Part shown: in pieces, positions 26,930 through 35,830 of the stretch
Layout of the letters: every line of letters begins with the position of its first letter
How positions within the stretch are numbered: position 1 is the stretch's first letter
Assembly (NCBI GenBank): GCA_963781595.1
Contig: CAWAGG010000006.1
Span: forward strand, 2,626,923 to 2,690,922
DNA length: 64,000 nucleotides
Direction: 5' to 3'
Origin: an uncultured Actinomycetota bacterium
Lineage (GTDB): Bacteria > Actinomycetota > UBA4738
Made by a program: the position numbers and the translations under genes
The notes under the pieces: generated by a model
Told to the model about the DNA's origin: nothing
Seen by the model: the letters and a program-made list of their open reading frames with translations, nothing else
Databases searched by the model: none

Positions 26930-27143
26930 ACAATTAGCCGCGCCGTCGCGGGGAGCGCGCTCTACGTCGGCACCGACCAGGGCGTGTTCCACTCGACGGA
27001 CGGCGGCACCACATGGCGGACGTTCGGCAAGGGCCTGCCGGTCGTGCCGATCGACGACCTCGAGGATGGTTTCGTCGACGAACGAGCTGTTCGCGGCCAC
27101 CTTCGGCCGTGGCATGTGGAGGGTGAAACTCCCCTCACGTTGA
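26930..27143 (+). pseudogene. C-terminal fragment of a BNR/Asp-box repeat protein, 5'-truncated and frameshifted
   Basis: ALYVGTDQGVFHSTDGGTTWRTFGKGLPVVPIDDL (SxDxGxTW Asp-box) in one frame. The expected end ELFAATFGRGMWRVKLPS is in the next frame. Only about 70 codons remain. Confidence 0.6.
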
Positions 27144-27258
27144 CGGCCGAACGGCCGAGCACGAACTAGGTCGTTCGACGTACGATGTCGTCGACTCCAC
27201 CCGCGACCGTTCGGCTGTGAATCGGCCGTGCGGTCAGCCTCTTCTCTGGGGGGATCTG

Positions 27259-28752
27259 ATGGGAACGGACCGCCGGCACCGTTTCGCACGAGGCGTGATC
27301 ACCGTGGTGGTGCTGGCCTCCTGCCTGCAGGTCGCCGCCGCGTCGGTGGCCCCCGCGACGGGCGCCGGTGACCCGAGCGTGGTCGGCTCGTGGACGGAGC
27401 CGTTCGACCTGCCCGTCAAGGTGGTCCACGGCATCCTGCTGCCGAACGCCAAGGTGTTGCTCTTCTCCTACCCGGTCCACGATGTCGGGAGCGACGCCTG
27501 GTTGTGGGATCCGGCGACGGGCGACACGACCGACGTGAGCTTGACGTGGCCGCGCGACATCTTCTGTGCCGGGCACACGGTCCTGCCCGACGGGACCGTG
27601 TTCATCACCGGCGGACACGTCCACGGCGTTCGATGGGGCCGGGGCGTCGTGAACACCGACCTCTTCGACCCTGGGAAGAACCTCTGGACCACGGGGCCGC
27701 TGCTGTCGGTCGCGCGGTGGTACCCGACCAACGTCGAGCTCGGCGACGGCCGCGTGCTGGTCTTCGGCGGCCAGATCGACAATGGTCAGCCCTCGGTCTC
27801 GGTCGACGTCTACTCACCGGCGTCCAACACGATCACGCCGCTGCCGTCGAGCGTCGACCGCGTCCTCGGCGGATACCCGCGCCTCCACCTCTTGCCCAAC
27901 GGCAAGCTGTTCCTCGCCGACGTCCGGCACGGGTCGTCCGCCGCGGTCCTCCCGCAGACGCAGATCTTCGACCCCACGACGGACGTGTGGACGCCGCTCG
28001 GCACGCCGCTGTTCGGCGCTCGCGGCGCGTCCGTCACCTCCGTGTTGCTCCCCGGGCTGCACCAGGTGCTGGATGCGGGGGGCTCCGACGAGACGGGCAA
28101 GGTCACCGCGTCGGCGGAGATCATCGACCTCGCCGCGCCGACGCCGAACTGGCGATCCACGGCGCCGATGAACGTCGCGAGGCACTGGGCGAACGGTGTG
28201 CTGCTCCCGGACGGCACGGTGCTGGTCGTCGGTGGGTCGAAGCACGGCGGGTACGGCGGCCCGGTACGCGAGGCCGAGTCGTTCGACCCGGTGACCGAGA
28301 CCTGGACCGCGATGGCCTCGCAGGCGGCGCCGCGCGCCTACCACTCGATCGCCCTCCTGCTGCCCGACGGCCGGGTGCTGTCCGCCGGCGGCGACAAGGG
28401 CAAGTACCGGTTCACGGGCGAGGTCTTCTCGCCGCCGTACCTGTTCAAAGGCCCGCGCCCCACGATCACGGAGGCCCCGGCCGTGGTCACCTACGGGCAG
28501 GGGTTCCAGGTTCGCACCCCGGACGCCGACAGCATCGCCCGCGTGGCGCTCGTGCGGCCCGGCTCCGTCACGCACTCGATCGACATGGATCAGCGATACG
28601 TCGACCTGACGTTCGGCTCGGCGGACGGCGGAACCGCCCTGGACGTTGTGGCGCCGGTCGACGGGAATACGGCCCCGCCCGGCTGGTACATGCTGTTCGT
28701 CGTCTCGGCGGACGGTGTCCCGTCCGTCGCGTCATGGGTCCACATCGGGTGA
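27259..28752 (+). CDS. Copper radical oxidase (galactose oxidase / glyoxal oxidase, GlxA-like) with a DUF1929-type C-terminal domain
   Basis: Kelch-like blades (FCAGHTVLPDGTVFITGGH, ARWYPTNVELGDGRVLVFGG, YHSIALLLPDGRVLSAGG). C-terminus RVALVRPGSVTHS...APPGWYMLFVV. N-terminal signal MGTDRRHRFARGVITVVVLASC (possibly Tat). ATG at 27259 follows GGGGGGA. Confidence 0.9.
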   Translation: MGTDRRHRFARGVITVVVLASCLQVAAASVAPATGAGDPSVVGSWTEPFDLPVKVVHGILLPNAKVLLFSYPVHDVGSDAWLWDPATGDTTDVSLTWPRDIFCAGHTVLPDGTVFITGGHVHGVRWGRGVVNTDLFDPGKNLWTTGPLLSVARWYPTNVELGDGRVLVFGGQIDNGQPSVSVDVYSPASNTITPLPSSVDRVLGGYPRLHLLPNGKLFLADVRHGSSAAVLPQTQIFDPTTDVWTPLGTPLFGARGASVTSVLLPGLHQVLDAGGSDETGKVTASAEIIDLAAPTPNWRSTAPMNVARHWANGVLLPDGTVLVVGGSKHGGYGGPVREAESFDPVTETWTAMASQAAPRAYHSIALLLPDGRVLSAGGDKGKYRFTGEVFSPPYLFKGPRPTITEAPAVVTYGQGFQVRTPDADSIARVALVRPGSVTHSIDMDQRYVDLTFGSADGGTALDVVAPVDGNTAPPGWYMLFVVSADGVPSVASWVHIG

Positions 28753-29756
28753 TCCGACGGTGGCGCGGCGGCGCCGCGTTCGCGCTCTTCGCGATCGTCG
28801 TTGCCGCGACGATCGTCGACCTCCGGGCCGGCCGCGGCGACGCCCGGTCCGTCACGCCGGGCCCCGGGTCGGCGGCCTACGGGTTGGGCGGCATCAGCAG
28901 GATCGACCCGGCCACCGGCGCGGCCGTCACCGCGATCGACGTGCCCCGGCCGAACGTCGTGGCGTTCGCGATGGGGTCGCTGTGGGCGACGTCGAACCTG
29001 GCGAACCGCGCGCACGTGATGGAGGTCGATCCCAGGACGAGCGACGAGGTCACGACGTTCGACCTGGGCTACGCGGAGACGATGGTTCCGAGCGACCTGG
29101 CCGCCGGCTTCGGCTCCGTCTGGACGATCGTCGGGTCGCACGTGTACCGGCTCGACCCCGCCACCGGCGCGACGCGTCGCGTCGCCGGGCTCCCTTCGGG
29201 TGACTTCCTCACGGGATTGGCGGTCGGCGAGGGCGCGCTCTGGGCGCTCGACGCGACCCACCCTTCCGTCGTTCGAATCGATCCCGGCAACGGCCGCGCC
29301 GTGGCGCGCATCGCGCTCGACGGTCAGCCCGGCGGCATCGCCGTGGCGTTCGGCTCGGTATGGGTGACGGAGCCGACCCGCGGCGAGGCCCTGCGCATCT
29401 CGACGGCCCACGAACGGGTCACCGGGCGGATCCGGCTGGGCGCCGCCGGCACCGTCCTGGCGGCCGGCGCGGGGCGCCTCTGGGTGACCGACGCGGCGGG
29501 GGGCGCCGTGCTCGCCGTCGAGCCGTCGTCGGGAGCGATCGATCGGATCGAGGTGGGATCCGCTCCGACCGGAGTCGCGACGATGGACGGTAGCGTTTGG
29601 GTCGTCAACAGCCGCGACGCCACCGTCTCACGGATCGACCCGCGAACGATGCGGGTGGCAGCGACGATCGGGGTGGGCCCCCGTCCCTACGCGGTGGCGG
29701 CGGGCGGTGGCGCGCTCTGGGTCACGTACCTCGGTGACCGGCTCGCCGGCGCCTGA
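28749..29756 (+). CDS. Membrane-anchored seven-bladed beta-propeller protein (YncE/YVTN-like repeats)
   Basis: The GTG at 28749 overlaps the oxidase stop (GTGA). N-terminal TM AAFALFAIVVAATIV. Seven roughly 42-aa repeats of the type V.RIDP.TG.V...I.....P.G.A.G.GSLWVT. Confidence 0.8.
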   Translation: MIRRWRGGAAFALFAIVVAATIVDLRAGRGDARSVTPGPGSAAYGLGGISRIDPATGAAVTAIDVPRPNVVAFAMGSLWATSNLANRAHVMEVDPRTSDEVTTFDLGYAETMVPSDLAAGFGSVWTIVGSHVYRLDPATGATRRVAGLPSGDFLTGLAVGEGALWALDATHPSVVRIDPGNGRAVARIALDGQPGGIAVAFGSVWVTEPTRGEALRISTAHERVTGRIRLGAAGTVLAAGAGRLWVTDAAGGAVLAVEPSSGAIDRIEVGSAPTGVATMDGSVWVVNSRDATVSRIDPRTMRVAATIGVGPRPYAVAAGGGALWVTYLGDRLAGA

Positions 29757-29783
29757 TCCGGCGGCCCGGAACGCGCCGACGCC

Positions 29784-31154
29784 TCACGTCGGGTCGTCCT
29801 CGTCGATCGGATGGTCTTCCAGGTACCGAACCTCCCACGACGGGATCGGCCGCTCGACCATCCGGACCGGCGGCAGCGGCGTCTGCGAGTAGTCGAACGC
29901 GCCGGCGAAGTCGTACGCCGTCCCGTCCGCGGAGGACAGCGGCAGCAGCCCGAACAGGTGCTCCGCGTAGGCCAGCATCGAGTTGAACGACGCGACCTCG
30001 TGGTCCGTGTACCCGGCTCGCGCGTAAGGGCTCACGATCACCATCGGGACCCGGATGCCGAGGCCGGTGGGAGGCGGCACGTGATCGTAGAAGCACCCGC
30101 AGTCGTCGTAGGTGATGAAGATCACGGTCGAATCCCAGTCCGGGCCGTTCTCGATCGCCGAGACCACCGAGCCGATCCAGTTGTCGCCGCGGATCATCGA
30201 CTCGTCGTTGTGCTGGGAAGACCCCGCCTTCGGTGTGACGAGGGCGAGGTTCGGGAGCGTCCCGGCGGCGGCGTCGGACAGGACCTTCGCGTTCGCGACC
30301 CAGTTCTCGATCTGCGAGCTGCCCTGGCACTCGTAGAACGTCGCGCAGACCTGCCAGTAGTAGCCGGATCGCCAGTTCTTCGGCTTGTGGGGCCCGCCGC
30401 CCGCGTAGAGCTTCCAGGTCAGGCCGGCCGCGTCGAACCGATCCATGATCGTCGGGACCCACGGCACCGGCGACGGCCGATAGGGCCCGTTGCCGTCGCG
30501 GTCGGGGACGCACGACGGGACGAGGATCGGCTCGTCCTCGGGGTTCGCCGACCACAACGTGTCCTTCCGCGAGTCGCACCCCCACCCGGGGCCCGGGGTG
30601 GGGCCTTGCGGCGCCACGGACGCGTGCGGGTTGTTCCCGTAGAAACCGTCCATCGTGCTGGAGACCAGGTCCAGGTGCGAGGCCCAGGACGCCGCGGTGC
30701 TGTTCTCGAACGTGGCATCGGACACGACGAACGCGTCCGCCAACGCGGAGAAGTTCGGGATCGCCGAGGCATCGTATTGCCTGTAGCAGGCGTACGCGGT
30801 CGACGCGTCGCACCCGGCGATCAGATCGAACCCGTCCATCGCTCCGCCGTCGATCGCGGCCTCCTGGGCCTTGCGAGCGTGGCCGACGGGCGGCACGATG
30901 TCGGCGGCGGTGGCGAGCGGGATGGTCGTCCCGTCGTGGATCTTCCCCTCCGTCGCCCCATCGCATCGCGACGTCTGAACGCAGAACCGTCCGAGCATCT
31001 CGTCGAAGGAATGGTTCTCCTGATAGATCACGACGACGTGCTCGATCGGGTTGCCCCGCGTCTGCGAACGCGCTGCGACGGCCGTCGCCACGAGTGCGAC
31101 CATCGCCAGTGGCAGCGTGACGAGCACCCCGATCCGGGCCGAGCGGACCCTCAT
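29784..31154 (-). CDS. Secreted phosphoesterase-family protein (phospholipase C / acid phosphatase AcpA family)
   Basis: Signal MRVRSARIGVLVTLPLAMVALVATAVA, then IEHVVVIYQENHSFDEMLG, SSQHNDESM, ITYDDCGCFYDHVPPP, RVPMVIVSPYA. The ATG at 31154 overlaps the upstream stop (ATGA). Confidence 0.9.
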   Translation of the reverse strand: MRVRSARIGVLVTLPLAMVALVATAVAARSQTRGNPIEHVVVIYQENHSFDEMLGRFCVQTSRCDGATEGKIHDGTTIPLATAADIVPPVGHARKAQEAAIDGGAMDGFDLIAGCDASTAYACYRQYDASAIPNFSALADAFVVSDATFENSTAASWASHLDLVSSTMDGFYGNNPHASVAPQGPTPGPGWGCDSRKDTLWSANPEDEPILVPSCVPDRDGNGPYRPSPVPWVPTIMDRFDAAGLTWKLYAGGGPHKPKNWRSGYYWQVCATFYECQGSSQIENWVANAKVLSDAAAGTLPNLALVTPKAGSSQHNDESMIRGDNWIGSVVSAIENGPDWDSTVIFITYDDCGCFYDHVPPPTGLGIRVPMVIVSPYARAGYTDHEVASFNSMLAYAEHLFGLLPLSSADGTAYDFAGAFDYSQTPLPPVRMVERPIPSWEVRYLEDHPIDEDDPT

Positions 31155-32344
31155 CGGAGGCGCTCGGCGAACTCCGCGAGCCGCTCCCCCGCTCGCGTGA
31201 GCGTTTCGAGCCGCTTCGGGAACGCGAACCGGATCAGGTCGTAGCCGTCCGACCCGTGGACGAAGAAGCTGCTCCCGGGGACGGCCGCGACGCCTCCCTG
31301 GAGGATCAGCTCGTGACAGAACGCCGTGTCGTCGGCGGCCCCCAGCCGTTCGCGGAGCCGTCCGATCCGCGCGATCGCGTAGTACGCGCCGCCGGGCGCG
31401 ATCAGGTCGAACGGCTCGCCCACCAGGTCGAGGAACGTTCGCCGGCGCTCGGCGTACTCGCTCGCGAGCTGCTCGTAGAACGCGGCCGGCATCTCCATCG
31501 CCGTGACGCCCGCCTCCTGGAGCGGCGCGGCCGCCGCGACGGTGAGGAAGTCGTGGACCTTGCGGATCGACGCCATCACGCGCGGGGCGGCGATCGCCCA
31601 TCCCACCCGCCAGCCCGTCACGGAGTACGTCTTCGACAGCGCGCTGATCGTGACGGTGCGATCGGCCATGCCGGGCAGGGTCGCGATCGAGCGGTGCGTC
31701 CCGCCGTCGTAGACGATGTGCTCGTAGATCTCGTCCGTGAAGACCAGGAGGTCGCGTGCGATCGCCAGGTCCGCGATGGCCTGGAGCTCGTCGGCCGTGA
31801 ACACCTTCCCGGTGGGGTTGTGCGGCGTCGTGATCACGATCGCCCGCGTACGGACGGTGCATGCGGCGGCCAGGCGTTCGGGGTCGAGCCGCCAGTCCGG
31901 AGCATCCAGCGGGACCACGACCGGCGCCGCGCCCGCCATGTACGCGTCCGGCCCGTAGTTCTCGTAGAAGGGCTCGAACACGATCGCCTCGTCGCCCGGA
32001 TCGAGCAGCGCCAGGAAGGTCGCCGCCATCGCCTCGGTGGAGCCGCAGGTGACGACAATCTCCGCGTCCGGATCGATCCCGGGCCAGCCGAACCTGGCGT
32101 ACTTCTCGGAGATCGCGGCGCGGAACCGCGGGGCGCCCCACGTGACCGGGTACTGGTTCACGCCGTCGGCGATCGCCCGGCGGGCGGCCTCCTTGATCTC
32201 GCCCGGCGCGTCGAAGTCCGGGAAGCCCTGCGCGAGGTTGATCGCGCCGTGCTCGTCGGCGAGCCGGGTCATCTCACGGATCACGGACTCCGTGAAGTGC
32301 GCGACCCGGGCGGCCCCAGGCGCGCGCCGCGAGGTGGCGCTCAC
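31151..32344 (-). CDS. Class I/II pyridoxal-phosphate aminotransferase (YbdL / kynurenine-aminotransferase-like)
   Basis: INLAQGFPDFDAP..., NQYPVTWG, FEPFYENY, SALSKTYSVTGWRVGW. The GTG at 32344 overlaps the upstream stop (GTGA). Confidence 0.9.
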   Translation of the reverse strand: MSATSRRAPGAARVAHFTESVIREMTRLADEHGAINLAQGFPDFDAPGEIKEAARRAIADGVNQYPVTWGAPRFRAAISEKYARFGWPGIDPDAEIVVTCGSTEAMAATFLALLDPGDEAIVFEPFYENYGPDAYMAGAAPVVVPLDAPDWRLDPERLAAACTVRTRAIVITTPHNPTGKVFTADELQAIADLAIARDLLVFTDEIYEHIVYDGGTHRSIATLPGMADRTVTISALSKTYSVTGWRVGWAIAAPRVMASIRKVHDFLTVAAAAPLQEAGVTAMEMPAAFYEQLASEYAERRRTFLDLVGEPFDLIAPGGAYYAIARIGRLRERLGAADDTAFCHELILQGGVAAVPGSSFFVHGSDGYDLIRFAFPKRLETLTRAGERLAEFAERLR

Positions 32345-32835
32345 ATGTACCCCGCCGTCGGTCGTTCGTCGTCGTCGCGGTCGTCCGTGGCGGAGGCCGG
32401 CGAGCCCTCGGCCTCGTCGTTGAAGATCGACTTGCCGCCGAAGGCCGTCCTCAGCTCGTCGTCGAAGTGATCGGAGATGGTGCCGACCACGCCACATGCG
32501 TTGGCGATCTGTTCCTTGTCGATCGAGTCGGCGACCATCTCCGTCGCCACGACCACCGAGTCCCCGGTCCAGAAGGCCCGTGCGAACATCGTCTCGGCGT
32601 TGATCTCGTTCAGGCGTTCGAGCAGCTCCGGTGTCTTCGGCACCTCGTAGAGCACCGTCGAGTAGACCTGCACCATCGGAGGCGACCCATCCATCAGTCG
32701 CACGTAGTACGCGGTGCTCCCCCGCCGGATCGGGATCGAGCCGTCCTCGTTGATCATGAGGTCGTCGGCCCCGGTGCCGATGTACTCCGCGACCGCCTTC
32801 TCCACGTAGGGCCTGATGAGGTCGAGGCGCGCCAC
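32341..32835 (-). CDS. YbjN-like (T3SS-chaperone-fold) protein with an acidic C-terminal tail
   Basis: VARLDLIRPYVEKAVAEYIGTGADDLMINEDGSIPIRRGSTAYYVRLMDG...VYSTVLYEVP...LNEINAETMFARAFW. The GTG start at 32835 is uncertain. Confidence 0.75.
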   Translation of the reverse strand: MARLDLIRPYVEKAVAEYIGTGADDLMINEDGSIPIRRGSTAYYVRLMDGSPPMVQVYSTVLYEVPKTPELLERLNEINAETMFARAFWTGDSVVVATEMVADSIDKEQIANACGVVGTISDHFDDELRTAFGGKSIFNDEAEGSPASATDDRDDDERPTAGYM

Positions 32836-32943
32836 TTCCGATGTCGCCTTTCCGTTCCGGATCGATGGGCGGGTCGTTCGTTCCGCATGATAGGTAGCCG
32901 CTATCTGGCTGTCACCTGTACGCAGGTCGGTCGCGCCGAACGT

Positions 32944-33552
32944 ATGGAAGGTGTGGAACCGCAGCCGGTGAGCCCAGACGTCGACCCCGGCGCCTCGGAC
33001 GACGCGATCCCGATCCACGATCGCGCGACTACCGACGGCATCGACCCGTCCGAAGGGTTCGATGCCTTCTTCCGCGCCACCTACGCGAGCGTGGCGCGCG
33101 CGATCATGGTCATCGTCCGCGACCGAGCCGTCGGCGAGGAGCTCACCCAGGAGGCGTTCGCGCGGGTGCTTCGGCGTTCGGAGCGCTTCAACTCGGAGGA
33201 CCACCGGCTCCGGTTCACGATCAAGGTGGCGGTGAACCTCGCGAGGAGTCACGAACGACGACGACGGATCGCGTTCGCGTCGCTCGGCGAGCGGCGCGGG
33301 GCGGACGCTGACCGCGTCGGATCCCATGACCGAGCCGTCGAGGATCGGTTGACGCTCCGCGAGGCGCTCGCCGGCCTGAGCGTTCGCCAGCGAAGCTGCG
33401 TCGCGCTCGTGGACTACCTCGGCGTCGATCCGGCACATGCCGCTGCCATCCTCCGCATGCGTCACAGCACCCTGCGCGTGCACCTGACCCGAGGCCGGCG
33501 AGCGCTTGCCGACCGACTGCGCGAGACCTATCGCGAGGGAGACGAACCATGA
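32944..33552 (+). CDS. ECF-type RNA polymerase sigma factor
   Basis: Region 2 (FDAFFRATYASVARAIMVIVRDRAVGEELTQEAFARV) and region 4 (LSVRQRSCVALVDYLGVDPAHAAAILRMRHSTLRVHLTRGRRAL). Confidence 0.85.
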   Translation: MEGVEPQPVSPDVDPGASDDAIPIHDRATTDGIDPSEGFDAFFRATYASVARAIMVIVRDRAVGEELTQEAFARVLRRSERFNSEDHRLRFTIKVAVNLARSHERRRRIAFASLGERRGADADRVGSHDRAVEDRLTLREALAGLSVRQRSCVALVDYLGVDPAHAAAILRMRHSTLRVHLTRGRRALADRLRETYREGDEP

Positions 33553-34646
33553 GCGAAGACACGGCCCCGGGCCGCCGCGCCCTGACGGCATTGCTGGACG
33601 CGATCCCCGTCGACGTCGAGGCCGGCCTGGTGGAGGTCCGTCGGCCGCGCCACCGGCCGCCCCACCGAGCGGCGGCGATCGCCCTCTCGGTCGTGATCGC
33701 CACGGCGGGTCTGGCCCTCGCCGCATGGGCCTTCGGGCATCGGACCCGCCCACCCGCAACCCGAACCCCGACGCTCCCCGGACGCATCGCCTTCGTCGAC
33801 GCGCGCTTCGGTCCCGCCTACAGGGCCGATCTGTACTGGATTCCCGCGTCGGGAGGTCACCCTCGGCTGGTCGCGCGCGATGCGTTCGACCCCACGTGGT
33901 CCCCGGATGGGACGAAACTCGCGTTCCGCGACGTGCCCGGCTTCGGTCGGAGCGTGAACCCGCCCGGCGGGTTCGGGCCGTCATGCGACGGAACGATCGT
34001 GGTGCTCGACCTGGGGTCGGGCGTGGTCCACCGTATCACCGGTGGGAGCGAACCCGCCTGGTCACCGGATGGGCGTCGGATCGCCTTCGTGTCGGGCCTG
34101 GGGATCGCGGTGATGGACGCGTCTAGCAGGCACGTCCGGAAGGTCGCCTCGCTCCGCGAGCTCGCTCCGTGCCTGAGCAACCAGGGGCCGTCGTGGTCAC
34201 CCGATGGCCGGTGGCTCGTCTTCCCGCAGGCGGGAGAGCAGGGCGCCGGCGGGCTCTTCCTCGTGCGCCCGGACGGAACGGGACTGCATCAGCTCACGGT
34301 CTGTCCGGGCCGGGTCTGCAGGGGAGCCGGGATGGACCTCGGCCCCGCGTGGTCACCCGACGGTCGCCTGATCGCTTTCTCGCGGCAGCAGCACATCTTC
34401 GTGGTTCGCCCGGACGGAACGAACCTCCGGCAGCTGACGTCGTGCACGGGCCGGCGGAACTGCGGAGACACGCAGCCGGCCTGGTCGGCGGACGGGGCCT
34501 GGATCGCGTTCCAACGGGACCGACCGACCCGAGCGGGCGACTACTCGGTGATCGTCGTGATGGACGCCACGGGATCGAACGAACGGGTGCTGACGTCGCA
34601 GCGGCTCCAGGCCTGCTGCCCCGCGTGGGGCGCCGACCCGGTCTGA
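33549..34646 (+). CDS. Membrane-anchored TolB-like (PD40/WD40-like) beta-propeller protein, candidate anti-sigma partner
   Basis: The ATG overlaps the sigma stop (ATGA). TM helix AAAIALSVVIATAGLALAAWAF. Repeats WSPDGTKLAF, WSPDGRRIAF, WSPDGRWLVF, WSPDGRLIAF, WSADGAWIAF. Confidence 0.85.
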   Translation: MSEDTAPGRRALTALLDAIPVDVEAGLVEVRRPRHRPPHRAAAIALSVVIATAGLALAAWAFGHRTRPPATRTPTLPGRIAFVDARFGPAYRADLYWIPASGGHPRLVARDAFDPTWSPDGTKLAFRDVPGFGRSVNPPGGFGPSCDGTIVVLDLGSGVVHRITGGSEPAWSPDGRRIAFVSGLGIAVMDASSRHVRKVASLRELAPCLSNQGPSWSPDGRWLVFPQAGEQGAGGLFLVRPDGTGLHQLTVCPGRVCRGAGMDLGPAWSPDGRLIAFSRQQHIFVVRPDGTNLRQLTSCTGRRNCGDTQPAWSADGAWIAFQRDRPTRAGDYSVIVVMDATGSNERVLTSQRLQACCPAWGADPV

Positions 34647-34868
34647 CGCCGTTGCTCGATCCCGATGACCCGCGCGGCCGGAGGGTGTCCTCCGCGTGTG
34701 CGCTGGAAGATCGCCCGGAGCGGCCCGGTGAACGGGAAGACGACACCGGCGAACGCGGTTACGAGGCCGAGCATGACCACGAGGGCCGTGCGGCGCGCCA
34801 CGGCTCTGAGGTTGCGGGCTCCGTCCATCCCGTCCAGGCTACCGAACCATCGACGAGGGAGGTCTCAC

Positions 34869-35363
34869 ATGGCGATCAAGCGCATGAACCACGCGGTCCT
34901 GTACGTGCGGGACGCGGACCGGACGTTCGCGTTCTACCGGGACGTGCTGGGCTTCCGGCTCGTCGGAGAGATGCCCGGGGCGAAGTTCCTGCAGGCGCCG
35001 GACTCGACGAACGACCACGACCTGGCGCTGTTCACGATCGGCGACGGCGCGGGAGCGTCCACGGCGGGCCGCACGACCGTCGGGCTCTACCACGTCGCCT
35101 GGGAGGTCCAGACGCTCGGCGACCTCCAGGAGATCGCGGTCCGGCTCCAGGAGGCGGGCGCGCTGGTCGGGGCGACCGACCACGCGACGACGAAGGCGCT
35201 GTACGCGAAGGACCCGGACGGGCTGGAGTTCGAGGTCTGCTGGATCGTGCCGGCGCAGTTCCTCACCGACGACGTGGTCGCGGCGAAGACGCAACTCCGG
35301 CCGCTGAACCTCCAGGCCGACATCGAACGCTACGGCCTCGAGACCGTCGGCGGGCTGGCCTAG
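34869..35363 (+). CDS. VOC-family protein (extradiol dioxygenase / glyoxalase-like)
   Basis: MAIKRMNHAVLYVRDADRTFAFYRDVLGF...GLYHVAWEV...DPDGLEFEV. RBS GAGGGAGG. Confidence 0.85.
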   Translation: MAIKRMNHAVLYVRDADRTFAFYRDVLGFRLVGEMPGAKFLQAPDSTNDHDLALFTIGDGAGASTAGRTTVGLYHVAWEVQTLGDLQEIAVRLQEAGALVGATDHATTKALYAKDPDGLEFEVCWIVPAQFLTDDVVAAKTQLRPLNLQADIERYGLETVGGLA

Positions 35364-35382
35364 CGCGGGGCATCGCTGCCAG

Positions 35383-35778
35383 ATGCACGAGAAGCGGATC
35401 GAGATCCGCTGGCGGGACATGGACGGGTTCCGTCATGTGAACAACGCGGTGTTCCTGACCTACCTGGAGGAGTGCCGCGACGAGTTCATGGCCTCGGTGC
35501 TCGAAGGCGTGGGCGAGCTCGACGACTTCGTCCTCGCCCACGTCGAGATCGACTACCGCCGGCCGCTCACCCAGGACGACGACGCGGTCGTGGTCCGATG
35601 CATGGTCGAAGGGATCGGACGCTCCAGCGTGCGCACGCGGGAGGAGATCCTGACGGCGGCAGGCGACCTCGCGGCGTCCGCCCGTTCGGTCATGGTGCCG
35701 CTGACCGATGGCGGCGCGGGCGCCCGGCCGCTCAGCCCGGACGAGCGCGCCGCCTTCGAGGCCCGGATCGACGCCTGA
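35383..35778 (+). CDS. Acyl-CoA thioesterase (4HBT / YbgC-like hotdog fold)
   Basis: IEIRWRDMDGFRHVNNAVFLTYLEECRDEF. Confidence 0.85.
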   Translation: MHEKRIEIRWRDMDGFRHVNNAVFLTYLEECRDEFMASVLEGVGELDDFVLAHVEIDYRRPLTQDDDAVVVRCMVEGIGRSSVRTREEILTAAGDLAASARSVMVPLTDGGAGARPLSPDERAAFEARIDA

Positions 35779-35830
35779 GCGCGCGGCCGGGGACCGCCGG
35801 CGGAGGGGCACCTCTACACTCCCGAGCGAC

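Larger units (their letters stand above)
24313..27150. mobile_element. Probable decayed integrative element / genomic islet at the 3' side of tRNA-Gln
   Basis: An integrase catalytic-domain remnant abuts the tRNA. It is followed by an HExxH ORF, about 1 kb without an intact gene, an orphan secreted protein and a truncated BNR gene. No att direct repeat was found, so the boundaries are approximate. Confidence 0.35.

Noticed and set aside
24242-27200. Search for an attL/attR direct repeat of the tRNA-Gln 3' end to delimit the island
   Set aside because: By eye only an 8-nt match (gttcgaat at about 25803) was found, which is not significant. The island boundaries therefore remain approximate.
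34541-34828. 95-codon minus-strand ORF (MDGARNLRAVARRTALVVMLGLVTAFAGVVFPFTGPL...) in the gap before the VOC gene
   Set aside because: The first 40 or so codons look like a TM helix with good GC3. However, the ORF overlaps the 3' end of the TolB-like gene by about 105 nt, has only a weak RBS, and its C-terminal half looks non-coding. The evidence is insufficient to call it.
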